From the NCBI GenBank assembly GCA_051294905.1, contig CM119372.1, forward strand, positions 38,566,001 through 38,630,000: a stretch of DNA of 64,000 bases, in the 5' to 3' direction. Position 1 is the first letter of the stretch. Each line of letters begins with the position of its first letter. Origin of the DNA: Botryllus schlosseri. Its lineage: Eukaryota. A model generated the notes under the pieces. That model made no database searches. It worked only from the letters and a program-made list of their open reading frames with translations, and was not told the origin of the DNA. Both the position numbers and the translations under genes were made by a program. Below, in pieces: positions 41,118 to 53,101 of the stretch.

Positions 41118-44100
41118 TCCGTTGCTACGATATCTGAGAAATCTTTTAAATTAGGGTAGAAATAACTATTTCCAAGTAAGTTTCACGAAGTCTCGATACG
41201 CTATATTTAATCTAAAAATATTAATCCCCATAAAACGTACTGGGTGTGGGGTTCGAAGCCTAGAATAATAAGCGGATCGTGATTGAAAACAGAAGGAGGA
41301 TCACTGGATTAACCTCTATGGAATACTCCGCAATGTAAAATTAGTATATACTACACAAAATCCAGAGTGTAAGAGTCTTTAGTGCATCGGAATAGTGTAG
41401 TTTTCTATCTACTTTATAAAATTTATATGATTTTTCTTGCTGCGTTCCGGGATAAAATGTAATTTTTGCGCTTTTTGTTTACTTTTTTAATAAAATTAGT
41501 ATTCATTATACAAAAACGCCGTGCAAAGGTAAAGTACGAATACAAGTACAAGTTGAGATTTCAAAGTAAGTAAGTGGTTATGTTCGTAGACTAACCCCAC
41601 TTCTACGTAACGATTTTTCAGTAAGCAGTTATGTTTCTAGGCTACTTTTACTTCTATTTAACGAGTTTTCATACAAATCTGCTTACTTTATTAACTTTAT
41701 ATTTTGTGAAGTAAAGAGTAGTTTAGGGTTATGCTTGTATAACCTTGACGAGTGCTATTCGGTATGGAACAACATCGAATTAAGCATACCGAAAAATATC
41801 TACTTGACAAAATTTTCATTTAGTTATGTCCATTAGAGTCGTGTTCTTGCGACGAATTTGTCCGACTTACTTGCATGAATTACAAGCTACAAAATACGAC
41901 TAGTTAACACGCGAACTTTCCTCATTTGTATGCATAGCCTACGCGAAATTGGTTACCGAATTTTTCGATTGGTTTATATTCCGAATTTTATTTAAAACTG
42001 AAACCGTTAAGTACTACTAAAAGTGTTATAAAATGTGAAAGAGTGTACAAGTAGAATTATTGTTATGTCGTTAATGAGTAGTTTACAAATTCATACGATT
42101 TTTCTTGTTGCTTTCCGGGATAAAATGTTATTTTTCGCTCATTTTTATTTTTTATTTTTACTAAAATTCGTATTCATTTTACAAAAAACGTCGTGTAAAG
42201 GTAAAGTACTTGTACATTTCGTAGTGCTCAAGTATAAGTTTTCAAACTATTAACTTGACAAAATTTTCAGAACAGCGACTTTTGCGTAAAGTCTGTCTTG
42301 CATTTAGTTGCCTGCTCTGAAAGCAAGCAAAGTTTGTGGTGTTTGCGCAACATCGAAATTTGTTCACTTCACGCTTATCTTATGTCGAAAACATAAGTTA
42401 GTTAACAATATTTCGAGTCATGGGTATGAATAATTTTTAAAAAACCTAAATATGCCGCGTCCAAACTTCGTAAATTTTTTCGATTAGTTTTTTTTCGTTT
42501 CCATCTACTTTAAAAGACTCAGTGTAAAAGTTTCGAAACTCGCATGAATTACAAGCTACATAATACAACTAGTTATCACGCGTTGATGTAACTTTCCTCA
42601 TTTGTATGCATAGCCTACGCGAAATTGGTTACCGAAATTTTTGATTAGTTTATATTCCGAATTTTATTTAAAACTGAAACTTTTAAGTACTACTAAAAGT
42701 GTTATCAAATGTGAAAAAGTGTACAAGCAGAATTATTATTATGTCATGAATAAGTAGTTTAAATTCATACGGTTTTTCTTGTTGCGTTACGGGATAAAAT
42801 GTAATTTTTCGCTCTTTTTTAATTTTTATTAAAATAAGTATTCATTTTACAAAAATCGTCGTAATTTGACTTTTGAAAATGGAAAATGCGTGAGCTCGAC
42901 TAACTTTTCACGTAGTTCGAAATCGCTACTTCTATACATTAATTCAAAGTATTTGTCAGTCATCGTAACACCGCTCATATTGCGCGTTATCTATTTATTT
43001 CACGGATAACGAATTACTCCAGCTTTTATCAGAGGATATTTTCCTAGGGTCTGCCTACTAACAGTACTTAGTTTAGATTAATAAAAGTATAGTGATTGAA
43101 AATAGATCACTGGATTATAGTTTACAGAAAACTCCACAATTCTATGTGACGTCCTTGCATACCAACAACCTTCGAACTATTTGCCGCCTCATAAACACTT
43201 GAGGAGGCCTACATTTGATGCGTGTGGGGAAAACGTAGTTAAATTTTCATATGCATTTAGTTTCCAACTCTGAAAGCAAGCTTAGTCTATGATCATTCGC
43301 GTACCATTAGTATTCATTTAACAAAACGTCGTGTAAAGGTAAAGTACTTGTACATTTCGGAGTACTCAAGTATCAGTTTTGTCAGCTTATTATATGCTCA
43401 GTATCTTATAAGTCAAGAATTGTAGAGCATTTATGTGGGTGCTCCAGGGTGCTCTTCATTGAGTGTCCGTGGTGAGTGATAAGTTTAATTTGCAAAATTA
43501 GTGTGTTCAAACCAGGCCTGTCGCCAACATAGGGATGTCGCATTAGACCTAAATACACATAATAGAATATAAAGGAAAAGTATCATCTAACGTATAATGA
43601 ATGTTATTTATTTCTCGGAAGCAAGTCATTATCAAAACATAGTGATCAAAATTATCGCAGAGCAATGCCGATTTGCGTTAATTCCGTTATGCGTCTGACT
43701 ACGTTACTAGGGATTATGTAGTTAGTTACGAAATTAGGTGTGCTATCTTCCCAATCGATATGGAACAACATCAAAGCAAGTTATTATCAAAACATAGTGA
43801 TCAAAATTATCGCAGAGCAATACCGATTTTGCGTAAATTCCGTTATGCGTCTGACTGCGTTACTAGGGATTATGTAGTTAGTTAGGAAATTAGGAGTCCT
43901 ATCTTCCCAATCGATATGGAACAACATCAAAATCATCACAAAGCAATATCGACTTTTGCGTGAATTCTGTTATGCGTTTTACTACGGTAGTATGCTCACC
44001 TGCTTACAGGTGTCCAGACGTGGAATTTCTAGTATATTCGCTCCTAACATTAGAGCAGCACCCGACGCAGCTTACATTATTACGTTATTGGACGCCGGCG

Positions 44101-45302
44101 GCGTTTCACTGTCGGTTTAATTACCCTTATTCTAGTGACATGAAAAGGACTGAATCGTATGAAATGTCGCGACTACAAGAATCGAGCGAAAGCGTTGTTT
44201 CACGCCGTCTGGTCGTGCTGGATGCGTTTGTGACGTTAACGGTATTACTGATATATTATGCAATTTTTTCGAAATAAATGAACATTAATTAATTAGTGAT
44301 GATGCCATTTCTCAATATTTACAGAGGTCTTGTGTATCATATATAGTCTTAAATACACATAAATTGATTGCGCGAGATTGGAATTTAATCTTCTAACGTA
44401 ATCATCATAAAACCGCCGCAATAGTTCAACGTTGATGAGTATTATCTGAGAGCTCATGTCATCCGCTAAAATACAAAGTCCAAATACACATAATAATATT
44501 ATCTGGCGAATATAGCCTTGCATAGACATCAAGAGTTTTGGAAACTTATGTATAATCTGAATTTATATTTATTTTTCGAAAGCAAGTTAAGATAAAGTGT
44601 CGGAATTTAATCATCTAACGAATAATGCGGAATTTAATCATCTAACGTATAATGAATGTTATTTATTTCTCGGAACCAAGTTATTCAATACATATTGCTA
44701 AATACACATGGAAAATCGGTATTGAAATTCACAAAACATTAAAATATCTAGGCGTGGCATTGGTCGTCATATAGGCGTGGCAATTAGGGTGATGACGAAC
44801 GTAAATAGCCTCAGGCAGGGGAATGGCCTGCGTATAAAGTCGATACCCTCACTACTTGTACACCAGTGTTGGGATGACTCGAGTCTTGACTTGACTCGAG
44901 TCACCTTTTTCGTGTGACTTGACTTGACTCGAGTCACTTTGCAAAAATGACTTGACTTGACTCGGCGCTTCAAAAATGTGTATTGACTCGTGACTCGGAG
45001 CAAAATTCACGAGTCAATTTCAAGTCATTAAGTAAACTGTGTCGATTAAATAACCATATCTTGTTTATGTTTGGGTTGTTCGCGATACGCCGATGTCACT
45101 TGTGAAAGCAACCGGTCATTCGCTGATTGCTCGTTTCACTGATTCTCCATTGTCACATCACAAATAATTTGACCGCTAACGAAACAATCACAGCTTACGT
45201 TATCTTAGTAGCAATAGATTAATCTAATAGCAACGTGTATCCTTGTTTTTAAGACATTACATTGCGGATGTGCTCACATTTACCAACCATCTTGTTTGAT
45301 AT

Positions 45303-46780
45303 TATTATATTCTTTATTCACAGTAAGAAACTGGTCAATACACTCATAATCCGGGGAGCAACCTGCACCCAAAGGAAAATGGCGAGATTGGAGTAAATTT
45401 TTTAAAATTTCAGTAATGCAGTCAAATTGTTATTCTTATGCAATACATGGAGAAGTCAGATTACAGAATTGCAGTAGATGAAGCATTGGCAAGGGTTACA
45501 GAGCAGAGGTAGAGATGATTGAAAATGAAGAATAGAAATTACAGAAATGATGCTGTGATTCACTAGTATAATTTTAGTCCAGAGGTGCATTCAACGCCTT
45601 TCAATCGTTGTGCTTTGGCGCATATTCTCATTTTTAATTCTTCTTGCAACATTGTCAGTTTTTCTGTTGACTGCAGTTTGGTTTGGTGCTCCAGTTCTAT
45701 TCTTTTTACTTTATTTTTTACTTTGCGGGAAACATTTCCTTTTTTTAGTTCTGAGAGTATCGCAACGTCACACCTTGGTTTTGCGATTTTGTTTTCAATT
45801 CTGCGTTGCCAAACTGGCGTATGCCTTCCCCTTTTTTGTTGATAGTTCTTGGTATTTTGCAGTGCCTTTCTGAGATAACTGCCGCAGTGCTATAAATGAG
45901 GTTGTTGATTGTTGTCAAGGGACATTGTGGTTTTTCTCCTTGTTTGTCATTTAGAGTTGCAGGCAGTATGGTTTCTGTCAAAATTTTGTTCGCTACTGCA
46001 ATATCCGTTTTCAGTTTCTTTGTAATTTGTAAGTCAGGTAACTGCACTCTGTCATTTACATTCAATGTGGATTTCATTCGGTCGATGATTTGATTTTTGA
46101 TCTCCAATTCTAATTCCGTGTCTATGTCGCCATCATTAGGTGTTGTTGATTCATTCGGGTGCCCGGTGGTATTTTGTAATTCTACTTCTGCGATGTTCGG
46201 GTCATCAAGTGATTGTTGTGGATCAGGTGATCTTGGCCGAATTGCAGTTCCATTGCCTCAGAGTTTTCTATGTTTTTGTTACACATTTCTCCCTCGATTT
46301 CTGCGAATTCTTGTTCAGATAATTTTTTATTTTTTATTACACAACGTCTCATTGTTGCCAGGGTATTGGCAGTCATGGTTGGAGAGTTGTTCGTTCTCTC
46401 TTTCCATTTTTGAAAAGTTCCTTCGGTTACTCCTGCCGAGTTTTCAAATTTGGTTAAGAAGTAACATCTCATTATTTCTTTATACTCTTCTTTACTCCAT
46501 CTGTGTCTCTTCTTTTTTTCTTTTGCAGCAGAGCTGTTTTGTGAGCCACAGTTCGGTGTTGCACAGGCGCCATGTTGAGAAATATCTTCTCTTTGGTGTT
46601 CCTGTGTGGTCGGAGTTGACGAGTCCTCTGGGGTCATCCGCTTGTTCCCGCGGCGGGTACGTCCAGGTGCGATATATCCAAATCGTTTCGCAGGCATTCA
46701 CAGCAGTGATGCGTCAGTTCAGAAGTTAGGTTAATTTAAAGTAATTAATTAATTATTAATTAATTCCTTAATACAACCAA
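45303..46780 (-). mobile_element. Internally deleted R4/Dong-like non-LTR retrotransposon
   Basis: KRHRWSKEEYKEIMRCYF...W...LATMRRCVIKNKKLSEQEFAEI and RVQLPDL...INNLIYSTAAVI resemble the R4/Dong ORF N-terminus; (TAA)n-like sequence at both ends; frameshifted, no RT domain. Confidence 0.7.
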
Positions 46781-47122
46781 ATATTATTATTATTATTAAT
46801 AGCACATTTACAGTGGCGCTTATCGCCTTTTTCAGGCTTTGTGCACCACGACACGAATATTTGTAATGTTCATTGGTCTTTGTCTTCAGTAATCTTGGGG
46901 ACGACTTCTTAGATCTTTCGCTCATTCATACGTCAGACTCTCTCACATCCATGCGTCCCGGTCGTGGTCTTTACTGCCGACTTCTAGCGCGGCTCACTTT
47001 CGTTCTGGGCTTTTCAATGCACTGCAACGGCAGTGAGGTCGGCGATGAGGAGCCCAGAAAAACCTCCGACACATAGAAGTTGATCCGAACCGGGATTCGA
47101 ACCACTACCATTGGTGTCGTGA
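46781..47122 (-). mobile_element. 5'-truncated tRNA-derived SINE with (TAA)n tail
   Basis: B box GGTTCGAATCCC and 3' gataagcgcca, shared with 53285-53477; 15-bp TSD catcttgtttgatat at 45288-45302 and 47123-47137. Confidence 0.8.
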
Positions 47123-48284
47123 CATCTTGTTTGATATAAAACGAACGAATATAGTTTACGCGTTTATATTCTCACGGATGTGTATTTGGGCAGTGTATTG
47201 TACCACATCAATTTCTTCAACTTCTCGAGGCTTCGTATTCGATCCCCTATATTGGCTGATAAAATCAGACTGTAGATGTAACTATACAATTACTCGCGTA
47301 TTTTATTAGCAGTTCCACGTTTGCGTGAGTGCTGCAACATCGTTTTGCATGTATGTTTATCTTTATATTCGTTATTTGATTCAAGATAAATGGCCAATTC
47401 ATCTGTCCTTAATCTAGTTAGCAAAATGTAATGACTTTGCATCATCACTCATACTTCGAATTTTCAATTTGACTTGAATCGTGACTTGACTCGTGACTTG
47501 ACTTGACTTGACTCGATTTGACTCGAGTCACCTCCAAAAAACGAGCGACTTGACTTGACTCGAGTCACCTTTGAAAATCGATTGACTTGACTTGACTCGA
47601 GTCAAAATGTGCAATGACTCGAGATGACTCGTGACTTGAAGGTAGTGACTTGATCCCAACACTGCTGTACACAGCAATGGTACGGAGTAAAGTGCGTTGT
47701 GCAACTATAGAGTATGACTGGAGTGACGACTCGATTGTTCTCCCATTGTTAGCCGGCAGAATGGTCACGGTCAGATGGATCCACCCAAAACAGGATCGCT
47801 CAGTGCTTGTTTCAATGGCGTTCAAGGCGATTCGCCGTGTATTTCTTGAAGTTGCGTCGGAATTAGTTAGACAGTTCAACATTTAGGTAGCGGTGGCGAG
47901 TCGTTATGACTAGTGAATAATACTGTGCAGCCTATGTTACATTTCTCACGAGATTGATGTGATATTGTGGCTTTGATCCTTTGTAGAGTTTGCTACGTAT
48001 ATGAATATAATGACAGAAGGTATAGATTCTATATAGAATAGCTGGTTCGTGTGCATTGGCTATTGTGAGATGAATTCATGGAAAGAAAGACTGAAGAATA
48101 CTACAAAGTGAACAAGTGGAAAGATCTTGAACTATACCGATATGCAATTCACGATATCGTTGATTGAAAATATGTCCTATATTAACTGCAGAAACTCGAG
48201 TATGAATATAACAAATAATATTGCAACTGTCTTGTAGTCTTATATAATGCCTGTCAGATAACCGCAGAAACTGAGTATGACTAG

Positions 48285-49599
48285 CAGGACCGTAACTGCC
48301 GCACCCCAAACCCCCCAATTAGGGGGGGGCGAGCTCGAAGGGGGCCCAAAATTATTTCGCGAATTAGCATAAATTATTGAGTATTTTTCAAAAATTTATG
48401 CAACTTTTTCAAAAAAATTTCGCGCTGCGTGTGATTTCAAGTTGCCAACTTTCTTAGTTATTTGGTAGCCTACTCTTCCCCAAGACAAAATACGCAAAAT
48501 TTATCGAAATGGGCATATCGGCGAGACATTTAAAGTTTTAGAACATGTAACATGCGACTCCAAGAAGTGTGCCAGAACGATCGGCAGCGAGAAAACCTGG
48601 GCCAAAAAGGACTGCCCGCTTACGCTGACCGAAAACTTCGTTATATATGCAAAATGCATATAGGTATAATTTTCCATAGGCGCCTAAATGACTGGCGCCG
48701 AATGTTCCTGTCTTGGCAATCTGAACCTCAGAAGACAAATACCATAATCCGCAGGAAAAAATTGTATGCCCATTGCCCATAAAGAAATACCAATTTGAAA
48801 TCACGTTCGTCGTTAGTCTAGTACATTTGGGCGATTCTGTATTTTTTTATATAACAGACAGGAGATCACAAAATGACATCATGAAACGAAGTCATACCAA
48901 CGGGGCCACCCGCCCGAATATGTTTAATTATTATTTAGGGGCCCTACAGTTTCCAAGCCACCTCATTCAGCCCTACCGGTAAATCTGACAACGTGAACAA
49001 GAAATTGATAGCAATATATATGCAATTCCCAATATTATTGACCGATTTTATCATGAATTATCGAATATTTTCGCGCTTTGAGCTGGCTCACTAAACTGTG
49101 GCCCTTATTTCGTGACAAAAGCGAACAACGTGATGGGGGGGAGGGGCGGTTTATCACCCTATGGGAGCCCAAGACCCAAGTTTTATTGGGGGGGGGCTGG
49201 CCAAGTGCTGTTTCGTTCCTGCGAACGGGTCAACGCCCGATGATGTTCAATTATTATTGAGGGCTCCTACCATTTCAAACACACCTCACTCAGGTCTACC
49301 GTTAAATCAGATTACGTGGGCAGAGAGAGGATAAAAATTGATAACAATATATATTCAATTCCCAATCATATTGACCGGTTAAATCATGAATTTTTAAATT
49401 TTTTGCGCTTTGCGCGTGTGGACGACTAAAGCTGCCCCACTAAACGGACGGTGAACACAGATGATGAGTAGCGGTACACAGCGTATAGCCAATGGGGGGT
49501 CTGGGGGGCGAGGCCCCCAGAAGTTCGGTTTATCACCCTATGAGGGGCCCATGACCAACGTTTTGGGGGGGGGGCTGACGAAGTGCGGTCACGGCCCTG
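48285..49599. mobile_element. hAT MITE (CAGGACCGT family) nested in the P-like element
   Basis: TIR caggaccgtaac/gtcacggccctg; TSD atgactag. Confidence 0.9.
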
Positions 49600-49886
49600 A
49601 TGACTAGAACAAGAGCCTTGTGTAATGTTAATGTTCTGCTTGAGCTCGACTCACAATAGCCAGAGCTTACTTCTTGAAAGTGTGCAAAATCGCACTTGAA
49701 GGGAATTCGTTTTCATTGCCATGAACACAGGAAGACGTCTGCCGGTCGACATTAGTAGTAAGCCAATGCACCACGTCAAGGTTTCGACCAATGCATTGGT
49801 TTCCTTTTTTAGGTAGGGAACCTCAATGTGGATAGGCAGCATTTGCCACAGAGAGAAAAAACTACCATACTAAAAGAGCATATTGT

Positions 49887-50915
49887 TCATTTTTTTTTCA
49901 AGCCATCTCGCAAACTTTTGGAAAATTTGGAGGACTTTTTTTGCTTCTCATGCAATGCAAACTTCGCAAAATTGTGAGACAAGATGTTATTCAAGTGTCT
50001 CATTGCCTTATCCATGACATCCTCGACCTCATTTAGGTCTGAGCCAGATTGAAGTGACACAGTATGAATTAATTTGTTAAAGAATGGATCACAGTGAATT
50101 GAGTCAAGTACCCTGAAAAAATTGATCTTTTTCAGGGGTTTTGCCATTTCTTTACTGTGGATAACATAAAAGCGGAGAACCATGCCATGAAACTGTTCAG
50201 ACGGGCTCTTCAATCCATCGACTTTCTTCTGCATCACTTTAATGAGGTTTCCCGATGGCGCTGCAGATGTTAGGCATGTGGCAATTGCTTCGTTAGCTTG
50301 CTTAGAAATGGCTCCAAAAAGCACTCCACCAATATATTCAAGTATGTCTAAAAACATGTCAAAGTTTTTCCATGGAAAGGCAAAGTATCAAAGGCTATTG
50401 ACTTACCAGATTCCTTGCTGTTGACTCCTCCAATCTCTGTGATTGGATCCTGTTCTTTACCGCACACGAGAGAATCAAACATCTTCAAAAGTAATGCTGA
50501 AGCTGGCAATTGCGGCAAACCCAGCAACTTGTTAGCTTGGTGACAGATATTAGAATAATGTTGATAAAATCCGTCAACACCAAGTTTGCAATATTCAGAA
50601 TGGAGTTGTTTCACCGATGGAACAGCTTTGATCACGTCTAGTTCCTCGAATGATGGGGCGCATTTAAAGTATTTTTTGGTATACACAAGCCCTATTCAAA
50701 ACAGCAATTACAGCATCCTCGGATATATCCCAAGTAGTGGTGGGAACTTTATGATTTTTGTAATGTTTTTTCAGAGCTTTCACAGTCGGAAAGGATGCTT
50801 CGCATTCCTCACAAATCACACCTTTCCAGTTATCGAGTCCTTCGAAACATTCTTCAATTTCCATTTCAGTCAGTCCCTCCCAGTCATCCCAAAGTGATGC
50901 AGCTAAATCAGTCAT
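49887..50915 (-). pseudogene. Frameshifted transposon-borne ORF with N-terminal C2H2 zinc finger
   Basis: Three overlapping ORF pieces: CEEC-x12-HYKNH finger, then LEYIGG and GLKSPS motifs like the YIAGY...GGLxxPS of P/THAP9-type transposon proteins. Confidence 0.6.
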
Positions 50916-51366
50916 GATACCGATTTCTATCCGTGACGAAATATGATCTAAATCTGGCGAAAAATATAACAGAGGCTACACGGTATTATTCACTAGTCAC
51001 AACGACTCGCCACCGCTGCCTAAATGTTGAACTGTCTAACTAATTGCGACGCAACTTCAAGAAATACACGAAGAATCGCCTTGAACGCCATTGAAACAAG
51101 CACTGAGCGATCCTGTTTTGGGTGGATCCATCTGACCGTGACCATTCTGCCGGCTAACAATGGGAGAACAATCGAGTCGTCACTCCAGTCATACTCTATA
51201 GTGCAACTATGATGTTATCGACAATTGACTAGTATTCATTATGTCGTCACAAGCCGATACGGCGGCACCTATGTGTTCGTTGCTGCATCCGATGTTACTG
51301 ACGGCTGACAGACTCTAGATTACTATAGATAACAAACCTACGGGTAAATTAGTAATCTATATAGAC

Positions 51367-52055
51367 CAGGGGTGGCCAACCTTCTCGGCTAAAGGGCCAC
51401 ATGAATTGAGTGCGCTGCCCACTAGCCGCGCCAAGCGCTTAAAAGTTTCGAAGTTAATATTATAATTACTTGGGTATATTGCGAGTCGACTGTATACCGC
51501 CCGCTGGGCTCAGTTTGCAAGGACAGGACTATTCGGCATCTGGACATATCGATATCGAAGATTTCCGCTAATATACGACAATCATTTTGTGCCTACATTT
51601 CATCGCCGACGATCTTTCTGCGAGTGTAAACGCAAAATACATTCTCTCGTAATTACGAATATAGTTCTACTCAATCGGCTAAATCAGGCGTTTTTTCATT
51701 TTCAGGTGGGGTAGGCTACAAAGAAAGAAATCGTGTGACAATTAAACACGCGAAGCGTGAAGAAAAATTTTACTACTAGTTTAGTTTATTGTAATGTATG
51801 ACGATTTACTAAAACTGTGACTGGACCCTGGATCTACCAATGCGTCGAAACTGATATTGTAGTCATCAACATCCCAAGTGTCGCGGCCAGACTAATCATA
51901 TTTTTGGTTGGCCTTGCAAGTTCACTATCTGACCATACAATTTTGATAATATAACAGAATTTCGATAATATAATGGGAAATTAGCTCGCGGGCTACTCAA
52001 AACCTTCTCGCGGGCCACATATGGCCCGCTGGTCGCGGCGGGTTGCCCACCCCTG
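51367..52055. mobile_element. hAT MITE
   Basis: TIR caggggtggccaacc/ggttgcccacccctg; TSD atatagac; same insertion present at 62932-63626. Confidence 0.92.
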
Positions 52056-52215
52056 ATATAGACAGACACCTTCGATGGTTTTCAGAGCCGGAGCCGGAGC
52101 TGGAGCCGGAGCAGTGGTAGCAATGCGGCTCCGGAGCTGGAACCGGAGCTAATGTATGATAGAAGAAAGCGCCGGAGCTGGAGCAATGCAAATTTACGGC
52201 TGCTCCAAAGCCCTG

Positions 52216-52702
52216 ATTAGTACCTTTTCGTCTTCGCGAAATGAGCGTTTCTTCAATATCAAACACTGAACCCCCGCCCAGTTGACTTGTGTCCCGCATG
52301 AGTGCCTCGGAACATATTTCCCTCAAGAAATTGCACCAATATATTATTGATCTGGCACAAACCCCACTTTCCGACACAATTCTATGCTGTCGTGCTTCAG
52401 CCACCCAAAAATAAGTCACCTAATAACTTCTTCAATCCCAGATTACTCTTTGCAAAGAAGGATCCGTTTCGTATGCTTGAGGTAGTGCGACATGATGCAT
52501 TAATGCATCGAAATCGGTAGCCATCTTTTGTGCAACCGGTAACTTCTTGTCGCATCGTAATACCACACAGCGAGCAATCAATAGATTTCGCCAATAGTCC
52601 ATGACCTCTCATAAATTGTATGCAACAATCCAGGTTCGTAATAACTCCCGTCACTGCCAATTGCTGTATATTCATCATTTCCCTCGATTCCCAAATAACC
52701 AC
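52216..52702 (-). pseudogene. Merlin (IS1595/ISXO2-like) transposase N-terminal remnant
   Basis: CSLC...DGYRFRCINASCRTTSSIRNGSFFAKSNL, frameshift, YFW...IYWCNFLREIC...QLGGGSVFDIEET..RRRK; cut at the hAT end (52215). Confidence 0.85.
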
Positions 52703-53101
52703 TCACTTATCCTGGTGATTCGTGATCGATGATCATCTGATTATAATGACTGCGACGCCCGCTTTTATTATCGGCTCGTGCAGATATCCTTTTATTACTT
52801 GCGCTATATTATAGTTCACCTGCAATCATATATCTGTATTTGTAACAAATTTCATGACTTTACGGGGCTTGATTTGCTAGTACTACTTATGTAGCATTCG
52901 TAACGTTAGATCCCATTTCTACTATAAATCTACCTCTGAGGTTGATAAGTTGTTGTAATATCCAACCGGTAAAAGACAGTGTGCTCATTAATAATTTACC
53001 GTTTATGAAGCGGTGGATTTTGCGTGAGCGCCGGTACGGAAACCATGGTGAACTTACACATTTCATTCAGTGTGCATGCCTCCTCTTTACATCGCCTAGG
53101 C

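Larger units (their letters stand above)
29406..44856. mobile_element. 15.45-kb fully palindromic non-coding element, putative non-autonomous Maverick/Polinton
   Basis: Arms 29406-37107 and 37152-44856 are reverse complements with about a dozen differences. Termini AGTAGTGAGGG...CCCTCACTACT; TGTACA at 29400-29405 and 44857-44862. No ORF over ~105 aa. Confidence 0.85.
44864..47664. mobile_element. GACTCGAGTC-rich hAT MITE with a SINE+LINE insertion
   Basis: TIR cagtgttgggat/atcccaacactg; TSD ctgtacac (left copy split by the palindrome); uninterrupted relative at 56683-57587. Confidence 0.92.
47706..51200. mobile_element. Long-TIR DNA transposon, P-element-like, degenerate
   Basis: ~250-bp TIRs beginning TATAGAGTATGACTGG; gtgcaac duplicated at 47699-47705 and 51201-51207. 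Confidence 0.85.
26917..52215. mobile_element. GGAGCC-rich non-autonomous hAT-like element expanded by nested insertions (left tip missing)
   Basis: Right end tgctccaaagccctg with ggagccggagc repeats; similar repeats at 26919-26960. Pieces 29222-29405, 47665-47705 and 51201-52215 are colinear with the inverted copy at 62796-64000. Confidence 0.65.

Noticed and set aside
29726..44532. Mirror-image short ORFs (60-105 aa) in the palindrome
   Set aside because: Mostly non-ATG starts and no recognisable motifs; the duplication is explained by the symmetry.
29406..44856. Palindrome as a sequencing fold-back or assembly artefact
   Set aside because: It has a target duplication, resumes the expected flank shown by the sister copy, and its arms differ at several sites. 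Read-level confirmation is still desirable.
44875..44960. gacttgactcgagtca arrays (also 47470-47640 and 57395-57560) as CRISPR-like repeats
   Set aside because: No unique spacers, eukaryotic context; they are subterminal repeats of a hAT MITE.
46097..46729. 210-aa plus-strand ORF
   Set aside because: Antisense shadow of the R4/Dong-like ORF.
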